This document shows positions 30,492-42,114 of a stretch of 64,000 nucleotides of DNA, piece after piece (the stretch's first letter is position 1; every line of letters begins with the position of its first letter). The notes beneath the pieces are model-generated. The model searched no databases, was not told where the DNA came from, and saw only the letters and a list, made by a program, of their open reading frames with translations. Made by a program: the position numbers and the translations under genes. Location of the stretch: assembly GCA_963771175.1 (NCBI GenBank), contig CAVYSY010000028.1, positions 1-64,000 of the forward strand, read 5' to 3'. This DNA comes from an uncultured delta proteobacterium (GTDB taxonomy: Bacteria > Myxococcota > Myxococcia > Myxococcales > Myxococcaceae).

Positions 30492-32342
30492 ATGTCAATA
30501 CGTGTGAACGTATCGAAGTCACCATCCATGCTGCGGAAGACGCTCTGGGGGAGTCTGCTTGTGGGGCTCATGGGGCCGCTCACCGCGAGCGCGCTGTCGG
30601 TTGGCGGACAGAACGGCCAGATCGACTGGACGCAGTCCGAGTTCTCGGGGGCGGCTCGTCCCGGTGCGTTGTCCCTGGCCGAGCTGAAGACGTATCACGA
30701 GGATCGCAGGCACGTCCGGAGCATGGTGAAGCCGGACGTCGCCACGAGCCTCGACTACTCGGACCCACAGGTGTTCCGGTTCGTGCTCGCCCGCATGAAG
30801 ATGGCCGGGAAGACGCCGCAGACGGCGCCCCGTCTCTTCGATCTCATCAACCAGCGGCGCGCTGCCGATCAACGGCATCAGCGCACCACGGAGAGCACAC
30901 TGGCTTTCGCAACCGGGCGGAAGGAGCAGCACTTCATCAACTCGAGCAACTTCCTCACCGAGAGCAGCCCGTTCATGGAGGCCAACGCCCTTGTCACCTA
31001 CCCCGGCGTGGCCAGCTACCTCTATATCGACAGTGCCGCCTGGGACAACAACGGCACTCCTCTCGGGGTGATGGGTTATGCCGAGAAGTTCAATGGCTCC
31101 ATCGCGAAGTCGGCTGCGATCGGAGACGTCACCCTGACCGGCGCGCTGGACTACGAGGTGGACTCGCTCGCCTTGACGGACTCGGCCAGCGGCCTGCGGG
31201 AGACTTACATCGTCCGCGAAAACAACAGGAAGTGCCAGTTCGACCTGTCCACACTGAACATCACCGACCCCGTGAACACGACGGGCGGACAGTGCGTGGA
31301 CATCTGCCTGAACCGGACCTGGACGGGTGATTGCGACTACGACCTGACCGGAACCCCGACGGCGTTGAAAATCCCCCTGGGCGGCTCCATCGGCATCTCC
31401 TTCAACAACCCCAATTGCGTCTTCGATGCCGCCAGGATTGCGCAGTACCAGAATGGAACCGTCACGCCCCCGGGAGATATCAAGGTCGTGCTGGCCAACG
31501 TGGGCGGCGGCTGCGACGTGGACAGCTCCAATGCCCTGCACACCCCGATGCAGAACTTCTGGCAGCACGTCACGCTCTCCGATGGAGGCAAGACGCTGAG
31601 CTGGAATCTCACGGGGGCGGACGCAGCGCTCTTCGACTCGAGCTGCAGGCAGGTCCAGGACCAGCTGTTTCTCACCATGATCTTGGGCATTCCGATGAAG
31701 CAGGGGGCCGTTGAGCTCCCGCCTCGTCCCATCGTCGTGAGCAACGACCCCGACTCACAGGCCACGGACTACCAGCTGCCGTGCATGACCATGACGAACA
31801 GCTGCCTCGCCGAGGGCACGAAGGTGCAACTGGCCGACGGCCGTCTGGTGGCCATCGAGTCCATCAAGATCGGAGACAAGATCTTCAACCCCTTCCACTC
31901 GGGCACCCAGGCGCTCACCGTGACGGACATCGCCAAGGGCTTCGAGACCGTTCCCATGGTTCGCATCAAGGACAAAGCCGGGCGGGACCTGCTGATGACG
32001 GAGATGCATCCCATCGCCACGGTGGACCGGGGCATGGTGCAGGCCCGGAAGCTGAGGGTGGGCGACAAGGTCCAGACCCAGACCGGCATCAGCCAACTGG
32101 TGAGCGTCACCCGCGAGTCGTTCTCCGGGAAGGTGCACAACCTCAAGGTCGGCTCGCCCGAGGAAGCCCTGAAGCTGGGCACGGATCAGACCGTGGTGTA
32201 CGCGAACGGCTTCCTCGTCGGTGACGGGCAGATCCAGCAGAAGTACGAGTCCGCCGAGCAGAATGCCAACGCGAAGCTCGACATGCGCACGCGTGTGAAC
32301 AAGCGCTGGCTCCAGGACTACGTGAAGAGCGCCACCCGGTAG
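30492..32342 (+). CDS. Secreted Cys-rich protein with C-terminal Hint (Hedgehog/intein) domain
   Basis: Signal peptide (ASA); S/CLAEGTKVQLADG..IESIKIGD, TEMH, VHNL, ANGFLVGD. Alternative start at 30528. Confidence 0.88.
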   Translation: MSIRVNVSKSPSMLRKTLWGSLLVGLMGPLTASALSVGGQNGQIDWTQSEFSGAARPGALSLAELKTYHEDRRHVRSMVKPDVATSLDYSDPQVFRFVLARMKMAGKTPQTAPRLFDLINQRRAADQRHQRTTESTLAFATGRKEQHFINSSNFLTESSPFMEANALVTYPGVASYLYIDSAAWDNNGTPLGVMGYAEKFNGSIAKSAAIGDVTLTGALDYEVDSLALTDSASGLRETYIVRENNRKCQFDLSTLNITDPVNTTGGQCVDICLNRTWTGDCDYDLTGTPTALKIPLGGSIGISFNNPNCVFDAARIAQYQNGTVTPPGDIKVVLANVGGGCDVDSSNALHTPMQNFWQHVTLSDGGKTLSWNLTGADAALFDSSCRQVQDQLFLTMILGIPMKQGAVELPPRPIVVSNDPDSQATDYQLPCMTMTNSCLAEGTKVQLADGRLVAIESIKIGDKIFNPFHSGTQALTVTDIAKGFETVPMVRIKDKAGRDLLMTEMHPIATVDRGMVQARKLRVGDKVQTQTGISQLVSVTRESFSGKVHNLKVGSPEEALKLGTDQTVVYANGFLVGDGQIQQKYESAEQNANAKLDMRTRVNKRWLQDYVKSATR

Positions 32343-32385
32343 GTGGAACGGCCTCGCGACGAACGCGCGGTCGCACAGGCCAGAA

Positions 32386-35300
32386 TCAGGCCTGCTTCGA
32401 AGCAGCCGGAGCGTGGAGCGTGGCTCGAGGGAGCTCGACGAAGAAAGTCGTCCCCTTCCCGGGCTCGCTTTCCACCCAGATTCGTCCGACGTGCGCCTGG
32501 ACGATCTGCCGCACGATGAAGAGCCCGAGGCCGAGTCCGCCGTAATTGTGCGAGGCCGCGCGCTCGAAGCGCTCGAAGATCCTCGCCTGATCCTCTTTGG
32601 GAATGCCTATCCCGCAGTCTTCGACCAGCAGCCTCGCCTTTTCTCCCTCACTGCACACCTTCATTCGGATGGGGCGATTCGCTCCGTACTTCATGGCATT
32701 CGTCAGCAGGTTCATCACGACCTGCTCGAGGCGAAGCCTGTCCCACTCTCCGACCACCGGGCCCTCGTGCTCCAGCTCGAGAATGCAACCGGCTTTCTTG
32801 AGCTGCTCGGAGAGCCGGTCCGCGACCCCCCACGCGACGGCGGCGAGGTCCACCTGCTCCAGGTGCAGCTCGAGCCGCCCCGTGTTGATACGGGAGACGT
32901 CGAGGAGCTGATCGACCAGTTGCGCCAACCGCTGTATCTGGTCACTGAAGGTCTCGATCATGCTCGAGACCTTGCCGCCGAGCTGCGGTCCCAGCGGATG
33001 GCGTGCGAGGGAGAGCGCCACTTGCCGGGCGCGCAGTTTCATGGAGGTGAGGGGCGTCTTGAGCTCGTGCGAGGCGATTGACAGGAATTCGTCCCTCACG
33101 CGAATGGACTCCTGGGCTTCGCGGTAGAGCAGGGCATTGTCGATGGCGAATGCCGCCCGGCGTCCCAGTTCCTCCACCAGTGCCAGGTCGGCTGGGCCAT
33201 ATCCACGGCCCGGCTTCGTGGAGAAGAGCGACAGTACGCCGAGGCAGCGCCCCCTGGCCCAGAGCGGCACGTACATGGACGGTCTCCCCTCCAGCTCCCT
33301 CAGTGCATCCCACTGCACCTCCTCCGGGATGGGCTGTCCCAAGAACCCGGGCATCTCCGAGGAGAGCTCCGGCTGGCCGGTGCGGCTCACCCGGTACGGG
33401 ACCGTTGAGACGCTGACGTCCAGCGGGTGGCGCTGGAGGAACTCGCGCACGTGCTCGGCTCGAGACGGGAGGACATCGGACACCGCCACCGGGTGGAGCT
33501 GCCCGTCCTCGTGGAGCGCGAAGATGATGCACAGGTCCGCCAGCAAGGGGACCGTGCGCTCGACGACATTCTGGAACGTGGTCTCGTAGTCGAGCGAGGT
33601 CACCAGCTCCCGGCTGGCCTTGGCCAGGAAGCTCTCCGCCATTTCCATCCGTTTGCGCTCGGTGATGTCCGTGGAGATGCTGCAGAGCGAGTAGGAGGGC
33701 AGGGCCGCGTCTCCGAGGGGAAATTTGACGGAGAGGTATGTGTGCGGGCCGTCGTCGTGGGGCATCGCCTCCTCCCATTCGAGCGATCTGCCTGACTCGA
33801 GCACTTCGAGATCATGGGTCCGGAATTCCTCCGCCAGCTCTTTCGGGAAGACATCGGCGTCGGTCTTGCCGATGAGCTGTTCCGCTGTGACCCCGAAGAG
33901 GTTCTCGAAGCGCCGGTTGATCAGGAGAAAGCGCCCCTGGGCGTCCTTGATGGAGACGAGCGCGGGGGTGTTGTCGATGATCGATTGGAGCTGGCGCTGG
34001 CTTCTGCGCAGCGTCTCCTCCGCCTTCTTGACGTCGGTCATGTCCCTGAAGACGGCGACCCCTCCTCGGATGGTGCCGAGGTCGTCCTTGAGCGGGCGGG
34101 CGGTCACGAGCAGCCATACCCCCGCCGGCCTCGCGGGGTGGCGCATGAAGAGCTCCACCCTGTCCACGGCCTCGCCCCGGATGGCCCGGGCGAGCGGCAG
34201 CTCCTCGGGTGGATGGAGGGTGACCTGGTCGTGCAGGTAGAGGCCGTAGCGGTCCGCCCATTGCTCGAAGGGGATGTCCGTCAGACCGATTCCCACGATC
34301 TGTTCCGCTGCCGGGTTGATGAGCACGAGCCGTCCGCGTTCGTCCGCCACCGCGACGCCATCGCCCATGCTCGTGACAATGGACTGGAGGAGCTGGCCCT
34401 TGGCGTGGAGCGCTTGCTCCGAGCGGGCCAGCGCCGCCGCCCGCTCCGAGGCGGCCGCCTCCGCCTGCTTGCGTTCCCGGATCTCCTCCTTCACCTCGGA
34501 ATAGAGCCTGGCATTCTCGAGGGAGATGGCTGCCTGGGACGCCAGGAGCTCGAGCGTCGCCACCCGGTCCGCGGAGAAGGCGTTCTTCGCCAGGTCGTTC
34601 TCCAGGTACAGGATCGCCACCAGCTCGCCCTGCCTCAAGATGGGCAGGCCCAGAGCGGAGCGGGGCCTCCTCGAAGCGGCGGGGTCGTCCGAGCCAAACA
34701 GCCCCGGGGCGGACGCTTCCCCCAGGATGACCCGCTCTCGGGTCCGCTTCACGTAGTTGATGATGGCTTGGGGCGGAGCCCGAGCCGAGGATGCCGGAGG
34801 GAAGAGCCGGACCACGACCTCCCCTCTCTCGAGCCACGCCTCGGCGCTGATGGACAGCTCCTCTCCCCGGCGCAGCATCAGGATGCCCGTCTGGGCGCCG
34901 GCGTGCTCGATGAGGACGCGCATCAGGGTCTCAAGAAGCCTCTCCAGGACGATCTCACCGGAGATGGCCTGCGAAGCCTTCATCACCGAGAGCAGGTCCA
35001 GTTGCTCCGGGCGCGCCATGACCGTGGCGGTCATGGGGATCACGGGCCGTTCCAGCAGGTCCGGGTAGCGCTCGTCGAGCTGCCGGACCTTCCCGTCGGC
35101 TCCCCAGCGCTCGTAGCAGGCGCGGGCCTTCCGGAGATAGGTATGGGCGAAGGACTCGAATCCCCGCTGGAGGTAGAACCGGGCGGCCAGCTCGTAGGAG
35201 ATGCCCTCGTTCTGGACGAAGCCATTTTCCCGCGCTGACCGGATCGCATCCTCATACAGGTGCATCGCCTCCTGATCTCTACCGAGGAGGCGAGCGATCT

Positions 35301-38300
35301 CCGCGGAGACCAGCGCATGGGTGTTGAAGAAGGTCTCCGGGCAGTTGCTCGCCCACTCCTGGAGCTGCCGCTGATGGGTGGCGAGTGTCTCCAGCTGGCT
35401 CGCACGCTCATCGGGTGGAGCCTTGTCATGGATGGCGGCCAGGGTGAGTGCGTAAAAATAGTAGTAGTCGTGGAGCTGGGGGTGGGCCACCGATGACCAC
35501 AGGAGCTCCCGTGCGCGCGACGCAGCGGCGATGGCCTCCTCGTAATCTCCAGACATGAAGCGGGCCTGCAGCTGGAGGATGTAGTACCAGCAGCTCGCCG
35601 TGGTCGTCCGGTTCTCGCTCAGCCGGGCCTCCAATTCCTCCTGGTCCAGCCTCTCGTCGGTGAAGGTCGAGAAGGTCCGGGTGAGGCCTCGCATGTTCCG
35701 GATGAAGCATTGAATGCTGTCGATGACGTCGACGACACTCTGGAACCTGGCCTTGCGCGCGTAGTCCAGCCGCATCTCGGACTCGCGGTAGACCTCGCTC
35801 AGTGGGACTCCCTGGGTGAGCAGATCCGTGATGATGTGATTGCTGCAGTAACAGGAGACGGCGAGATCACCCGTCTCGTTGCCTATCTGAAATGCGGTCT
35901 TGATGTGGTCGAGCGCCTCCGGGAGTGGCCGGTTCCAAAAGGAGAGCAGCTCCATGAAGAGATGGACCTTGGCCGCGCAGGCGAGGAAGTGGTGCTTCTC
36001 GACGAGGTCGCAGGCCAGCCTCCCGAAGCGGTAGCCGTCCTGGTAGCGGAGGAAGACGGGTCCGAGGATGAGGCCGAACGAGGCATAGCCGGGAGGAGTG
36101 GCGTCGGTGGTGCCATGGCGGAGACTGAGGTTCACCATGTGGCACAGGTGGAGGTAGTACAGGTTGCGGTCCGTGTAGGAAGCCGGGGAGAACAGGACCG
36201 ACAGCACCCTCATGGTGGCTTGGATCTCCGGGTCCGTCGCGAGGGGGAGGTCGATGAGCTCCTCGATGCGACGGCTGCCCAGGTTCGTCCAGATCTTCTC
36301 GTACTCCGCCTCGACCTCGCTCCAGCTGGGGTGGGGCGACATGTGGATGCCGAAGAGCTCGAGGCATTCCAGGGCGGCTTCGACTGCTCTTTCGTTCTCC
36401 GATTTCGTGACATGGAGCTCGACCAGGATGCGATAGGCCGCGGCCTTGTCGACCCGCGTCCTGGCCCGTTCGAGGACCCCGGTGAGCAGCCGCTCCGCTT
36501 CTTCGGTGCCGCCGCTGAGGTACTCGCATTCGGCCAGCTCGTAGTGCAGCGCATACGCCAGGGCGTACTGATCTTCCCAGCAGCGCTCGGTGAGCAGCGT
36601 CATGCCGACGGACAGGTACTTGACGGCGGAGCGGTATGCGGTGGAGGCCTTGGCCTTCCTCCCGGCCAGGAGATCGAGGCCCGCGATCCGCTCCTTCTCC
36701 TCGGGGGAGACGGCGGCGGGGGCACCGAGGTTGAGCTGATTCACGACGTCGAAGATCCGCTCCTCGACCTCCGCTGGCGGGAGGTGGGCCAGGAGGAGGC
36801 GGCCGTTTCGCAGGTGCACCTCGCTTCGTTGGTCCTCGGGGAGCAGGGAATAGGCCGCCTGCTGGACACGGTCGTGAAGGAATCGGTAGGTGTCCCCGAT
36901 GCGCAGCATCAGTCCTTCCCGGACTGCTTCCCATACCTCCTGGTGGATCTCCTCCTCCGGCTTGTCACGAATCATCGCGAGCAGCCTGGCCTCGATGCGG
37001 CCACCGACACTGGCGGCGAGCATCAGCGCGTTCCGGGTCGGAACCGCGAGGCGCTCGAGTCTCTTCACCATCAGCTCGACGACGTTGTCCGTATGGCTCT
37101 TGGCTCGGATTCGGGTGATGTCCCAGGTGCCACGCTCCCGCCGTCCGATCGAACTCCACCAGCCCCTCCTGATAGAGCATCGTCAGGAACTGGATGACGA
37201 AGAAGGGATTGCCCTGGGTCTTCTCGTGGACCAGCCGGGCCAGCGGTTGGGCTGGCGTGGCTCCTGGTGCAGGGTGTCGGCGACGAGCCGGTCGAGGTCC
37301 TCGACGGAGAGCGGTGCAGAGGACGAGCCGCGTCACGACCGCCCTCGTCTTGCGGATCGCCCAGGGTCAGCATCAAGGGATGCGAGGGGCTGACCTCGTT
37401 GTCCCGGTAGGCGCCGATCAGGAGGAGGTACGGGTATCCGGGTGCGGTCGATGCAGGTGCTCGAGCAGCCGCAGGCTGGCCGTATCGGCCCACTGGAGAT
37501 CGTCGAGGAACAGGACCAGGGGGTGCTCCGTCCGTGGCGAACACCCCGAGGAACTGCTGGAAGACCAGGTGGAAGCGGTTCTGCGCCTCGAGCGGCGGCA
37601 GCTCCGGAGCGGGCGGCTGCTTGCCGATGATGAGCTCGAGCTCGGGGACGATGTCGATGATGAGCTGTCCGTTGAGCCCCACGGCGTCCAGGAGCCGCCG
37701 CTCTCCAGGCGGCGATCCGCTCTTCGCTCTCGGCGAGGAGATGCTGCATGAGCTCGCGGAAGGCCTGCACGAGCGTGGCGTAGGGCATGTCACGCTTGTA
37801 CTGATCGAACTTGCCCGAGAGGAAGAGCCCCGCGCCCGTCACGACGGGCTTGTGCAGCTCGCGGACCAGCGAGGACTTGCCGATGCCGGAGTAGCCGGAG
37901 ACGAGCATGAGCTCCGGGGGCCCCGCTGGAGACGACCCGCTCGAAGGCGTCCAGCAGGGCGGCGATCTCCGTTCTCGCGGCCGTAGAGCTTCTGCGGGAT
38001 CTGGAGCCGATCCGAGACGTCATGCGCGCCGAGCGGAAAGGGCGCGATGGTGCCCGTGCGCCTCCCACTGCGCGAGGCACCGTCTCGAGGTCGTACTTCA
38101 GGCCGAGCGCGCTCTGGTAGCGATCCTCGGCCGTCTTGGCCAGCAGCTTTCAGGACGATCGCGGGAGAGCGCCTCGGGAACCGCGGGGACGATGTCGGAG
38201 CGGACTCGGCGGCGGCCGGGCGATGTGGCAGTGCACCCATCCCAGCGGGATCGCTGGCCTGGAAGGGCAGGGTGCCGGTCAGCATCTCGTAGAAGGTGAC

Positions 38301-38888
38301 CCCGAGCGAGTAGAGGTCGGTGCGGTAGTCGACGGCCCGGTTCATCCGGCCGGTCTGCTCGGGAGACATGTAGGCGAGGGTGCCCTCGATGAGCTCGAGC
38401 GGTTGCGCGCCGCCGATGTTCGCGGGGGAGGAGGGAGGCGATGCCCGAAGTCCGGTGAGCTTCACCTCGCCGGTGCCGGGGTGGACGAGGATGTTCTGGG
38501 GCTTGAGGTCCCTGTGCACGACGCCGCGCCGATGGACCTCGGCGAGCGCCTCGGGTGATTCGGATGGCGAGCTCGAGAAAGCGCCCGACCTCCATGGGCG
38601 CGCCGAGGAGTTGAGCTAGAGGGAACGGCCGCCAAAGTCCTCCAGCACCAGGATCAGCCGATCCCGGCTGCGCTCCAGGTCGTACGGTTCACCGCCGCCA
38701 GTCCCCCACCTTCTTCCCGATTTCGTACTCGCTCTTCAGCCGCTCGAGATCCCGGCGGGCGGATGCTCCGAGCGGGGCATCTTGAGCATGACCGGCTGCC
38801 CATCCCGCTCCCTCAACGCGCGGTAGATGACGGTCGAGGCCCCTTCCTGGAGCATTTCGGTTGAGGTGTATCCCAGGAGAATTGGCAT
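32386..38888 (-). CDS. Trifunctional Ser/Thr kinase - AAA ATPase - GAF/PAS/PAS/GAF histidine kinase; 5' part (37071-38888) heavily frameshifted
   Basis: HRDLKPQN, GTLAYMSPEQTGRMNR, GYSGIGKS, FLHDRVQQAAY, ASHELKTPL, NLLTNAMKY, GLGLGL. Confidence 0.9.
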
Positions 38889-39120
38889 ACTGGCGGGCAT
38901 CTTGAGGATGTTAACAACTCCTCTTGAGCCACCCTGCCTCTGACAGATTCCAAGGCCGCCGGCTCAGCAGGGATCGTGGCGGGTGCTGCAAGGGCCGCAA
39001 GGGCTTGGTTTGGTCTCATGTGGAGCACCCTCCCGGCCGTCAAGGAGCGCTCAACCGGGGAGACGCGGCAGCAGTACGGACAGCCCGAGCTCCGGAGAGT
39101 TTGGATTGGGCCGGAGTGGA

Positions 39121-39151
39121 GGCGGCGGGCTTCGGACCCGCCGCCCTTTTT
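39121..39151 (+). terminator. Intrinsic terminator-like hairpin with U-tract
   Basis: ggcggcggg-cttcgga-cccgccgcc-cttttt. Confidence 0.65.
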
Positions 39152-39195
39152 CCTCGGCCTGCCTCGGGAAGGGTGTCGGGCCCTCCCCGAAGGGC

Positions 39196-41931
39196 TCAGG
39201 GCTTGAAGACGCCCGTGAACGCCTGCGCGACGTGGTTCGTCACCGAGGACCGGTAGGGATTGCTCGGGTCCGTTCCCGGCCGGTAGTACGAGCTCACCTG
39301 GAGGTAGTAGTTCTCACCCGGCAGGAGGAGCTCGGGAGGCAGGCGAAGCTGCGTCTGGGGCGTGTAGAGGTACGTGACGAGCTGCCGCGAGAGGAAGCTG
39401 CTGCCGGGCGCCGTATAGAGGCGGTACAGGCGCAGCTGGTAGTGGGTCGGCACGCCCAGGGTCGGCGGCGTCCAGCTCACCAGCGGCGTCGTCCCCACTC
39501 CCGTCAGCTTCCCGGTCGCGTCCAGGCCGTTGAGCCGCAGCTCCCGGGCCGGGCCCACCTTCGGGTGGATCGGACGCGTCGCGGCCACCTCCCACGGCTC
39601 CATGGCGAGCACGTAGGACGAGAACGCTCGGGACGAGGAGGTGCTCCCATCCGGCAGCTCGATGGAGTAGCGGACCGAGGCGCTCGCCTGGGTGTAGACG
39701 AACAGGGGCCAGTCTCGCGGGTACGGGTTGCTGAACTCGAAGACCGGGGTGAAGTCCCCCCCACCCGGCGTCCGGACGAAGGCGACGGCGAGATCCGGAG
39801 AGCCCGCGTAGGCGCCAAACTCGGAGTAGCCCAGCAAGGGGTCGATCCCCACGTGCTTGCTCGTCAGCGTCGCGGTGGGGTGGGCGGCGAGCGCCAGGCT
39901 CTCGAACTCGGAGCCGCGAATGTCCAGGGTCTGCGTGGAGGTGGGCAGGGCCTCCATCGTCCCCTGCAGCAGGATGGAGCCCGTGGAGGTGCGCGCCGGA
40001 CCGGAGAACCGGAGGCTCCGGCGCGTCTCCTGGTACTCGATGCCCGTGACCGTGTCGGTGCGGCTGGCGAGCTGGGTGACGTAGAGGGTGTCCTGGGTCG
40101 AGTCGAGCCGGAAGGGCTGGTTGGCGCACCCCCCCGTGAACGCGGCGTAGTCGATGCTGCCCGAGCTGCCCGTGCCGCCCTCGGCGGGAAGGGGGAAGTC
40201 CGTCAGGCCACAGCCGGACGTGGAGATGTAGCCGAGGCCCGCGGTCGCCGAGTGGAATTGCAGGTCATCCTGGGCCTGCCAGGGGGAGAGCCCCTCGAGC
40301 TGCAGCTCGAGCTGCGTTCCCTCGGGCTCGAGCACCTCCTGCGGACGGCCCAACAAGGCCCGGTTGAGGTCGAGGACGCGCTTGTCGGTCCAGATGTATC
40401 TGTTCTCGAGGCGGAGGAGATAGGGCGAGCCTTCCGGCACATCGGGGATGACGAAGGTGCCATGGTCATGGCCGGTGCCTGCACGCCAGACGTAGCCCGA
40501 GCCCTCGGGAACCCAGGCACCCACATCGGAGAAGGACAGGATGTACGGCGAGGGAATGATGGAGCCATCGGGCTGGACGTTGAGGGCGCCGTACTCCCCC
40601 GTCACCATCGTCGGGGCGCACTCGGAGCCCGGGCGCGCGGCGATGGAGAACAGTTGGCTCACCGTGTTGCCGGTCGCGTCCTGGATGGAGGCGGTGACGA
40701 GCACCGGCCCGCTGAAGCAGCCGGGCAGCCGCAGGTACCGCTCGGTATAGGTGGCGCTGTCACGAGGACCCCACATGAAGTCGCCCACGCTCGCCGTCCA
40801 GGAGTAGCGCAGGGGCGTGCCCTCCGGGTCATGCGCGAAGACGCCCATCGTCACCAGCTCGCCCCCGGGGGCCTCCAGGTGGGTCTGCCAGGTGCCATCG
40901 ATCTGGGGAGCGCTGCCCGAAGGGGCCCCGGTGCCAGCATGGAGGATGAGCGAGCCCAGGTGCCGGCCTCCCCGCCCGTCCGAGACTTGCAAACGGAAGG
41001 CGCAGCGGCCGGTGGCCGGCAGGGCGCCCAGGATGAAGGTGGGGCTGGCCAAGGTCGCATCATCGAAGCGGCCCACACAGTCGGAGCCCCAGGAGAAGAG
41101 CAGGGCATCGCCGTCCACATCCGTGACCGAGGCGCTCAGCCGCGCAACACCCCCGAGCACCAGGACGGACGGAACGCCATTCATCGAGGTGATGGTCGGC
41201 CAGGTGTTGAAGCCGGCGGTCACCACGGCGCCCCCGACGGAGCCCGGGCTCACCACGCCGATGTTGATGCTCAGGGTGGCGCTCGCCCCCTTCGAGTCCA
41301 CCACCTCCAACTGGATGCGCTGCGAGCCCTCGGAGGAGGGCGCCGTCCAGGAGGTCACCGCCGACGTGGGCGCGCTGAAGGTGCCCGCGGTGGCGCTCCA
41401 GAGGTAGCGCAGGGTGTCTCCGGTGTTGGCGTCACGCGCGGTGGCCGTCAGCATCACCGTCCCACCCGGCTCCACCGGGTTGGAGGAGACCACCACGGAG
41501 TCGATGCGCGGCGCCTCGTTCTCGAAGGGCGGCGGCACCTCCAGCTGCTGCAGCAGGATGGCGACGCTCGCCGTCCGGCCCGGCTCGATGGACACGGGGC
41601 CCGCCTGGCCCTTGTAGAGGGGCTTCGCGGTCGAATCGAAGGCCGTGGCGACGAAGGTCCGCTCCACGCCCGCCGGGATGTTGGCGATCGTGCCCTGCCA
41701 TGAGCCCCCACTCTGGGAGAGCTCGGCCGACATGGGCAACGAGATACCGGGCCCGGAGACCTCGACGTGGACACGCACCACGTCGGTGCTCGCGAGCGCC
41801 TGCGGCAGCATGACGGTCAGCTCGGCCCGCGCGGTCCGCGTCTCGTTCTCGCCACCACAGGCCGCGAGCACGCCCAGTGCCAGCAGCGTCACCGTGAGCG
41901 CGGCTCGCCTGCTCCAATTGCAATATGACAT
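39196..41931 (-). CDS. Large lipoprotein with tandem PKD/Ig-like domains
   Basis: Lipobox LAAC; three D.(N/D/E)G..L.(Y/F).W units (DANTGDTLRYLW, DVDGDALLFSW, DPEGTPLRYSW). Confidence 0.8.
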   Translation of the reverse strand: MSYCNWSRRAALTVTLLALGVLAACGGENETRTARAELTVMLPQALASTDVVRVHVEVSGPGISLPMSAELSQSGGSWQGTIANIPAGVERTFVATAFDSTAKPLYKGQAGPVSIEPGRTASVAILLQQLEVPPPFENEAPRIDSVVVSSNPVEPGGTVMLTATARDANTGDTLRYLWSATAGTFSAPTSAVTSWTAPSSEGSQRIQLEVVDSKGASATLSINIGVVSPGSVGGAVVTAGFNTWPTITSMNGVPSVLVLGGVARLSASVTDVDGDALLFSWGSDCVGRFDDATLASPTFILGALPATGRCAFRLQVSDGRGGRHLGSLILHAGTGAPSGSAPQIDGTWQTHLEAPGGELVTMGVFAHDPEGTPLRYSWTASVGDFMWGPRDSATYTERYLRLPGCFSGPVLVTASIQDATGNTVSQLFSIAARPGSECAPTMVTGEYGALNVQPDGSIIPSPYILSFSDVGAWVPEGSGYVWRAGTGHDHGTFVIPDVPEGSPYLLRLENRYIWTDKRVLDLNRALLGRPQEVLEPEGTQLELQLEGLSPWQAQDDLQFHSATAGLGYISTSGCGLTDFPLPAEGGTGSSGSIDYAAFTGGCANQPFRLDSTQDTLYVTQLASRTDTVTGIEYQETRRSLRFSGPARTSTGSILLQGTMEALPTSTQTLDIRGSEFESLALAAHPTATLTSKHVGIDPLLGYSEFGAYAGSPDLAVAFVRTPGGGDFTPVFEFSNPYPRDWPLFVYTQASASVRYSIELPDGSTSSSRAFSSYVLAMEPWEVAATRPIHPKVGPARELRLNGLDATGKLTGVGTTPLVSWTPPTLGVPTHYQLRLYRLYTAPGSSFLSRQLVTYLYTPQTQLRLPPELLLPGENYYLQVSSYYRPGTDPSNPYRSSVTNHVAQAFTGVFKP

Positions 41932-42114
41932 GTGAGTGATTCCCCCTCAGACAGCGACTCCCGTGCACCCGGCCGGGCTCGGGAGATCGCTCCTCTATCT
42001 AAGCCGCCACAGGGTGGAGTCGCAAGGCTGCCCTTGTCCCCCTTCCATGGGCTGTTACAAGGGGCAGCAGAGACACCGAGGCACCTCCCGCGCCTCCGTT
42101 CAATCGAGGCCCTG

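Noticed and set aside
31803..32225. Canonical self-splicing intein
   Set aside because: Lacks the terminal His-Asn and the +1 Cys/Ser/Thr; treated as a Hint autoprocessing domain.
39115..39146. Resemblance to the reverse complement of a tmRNA/tRNA 3' end (att site)
   Set aside because: No TTCGA T-loop, no cloverleaf and no integrase; better explained as a terminator hairpin.
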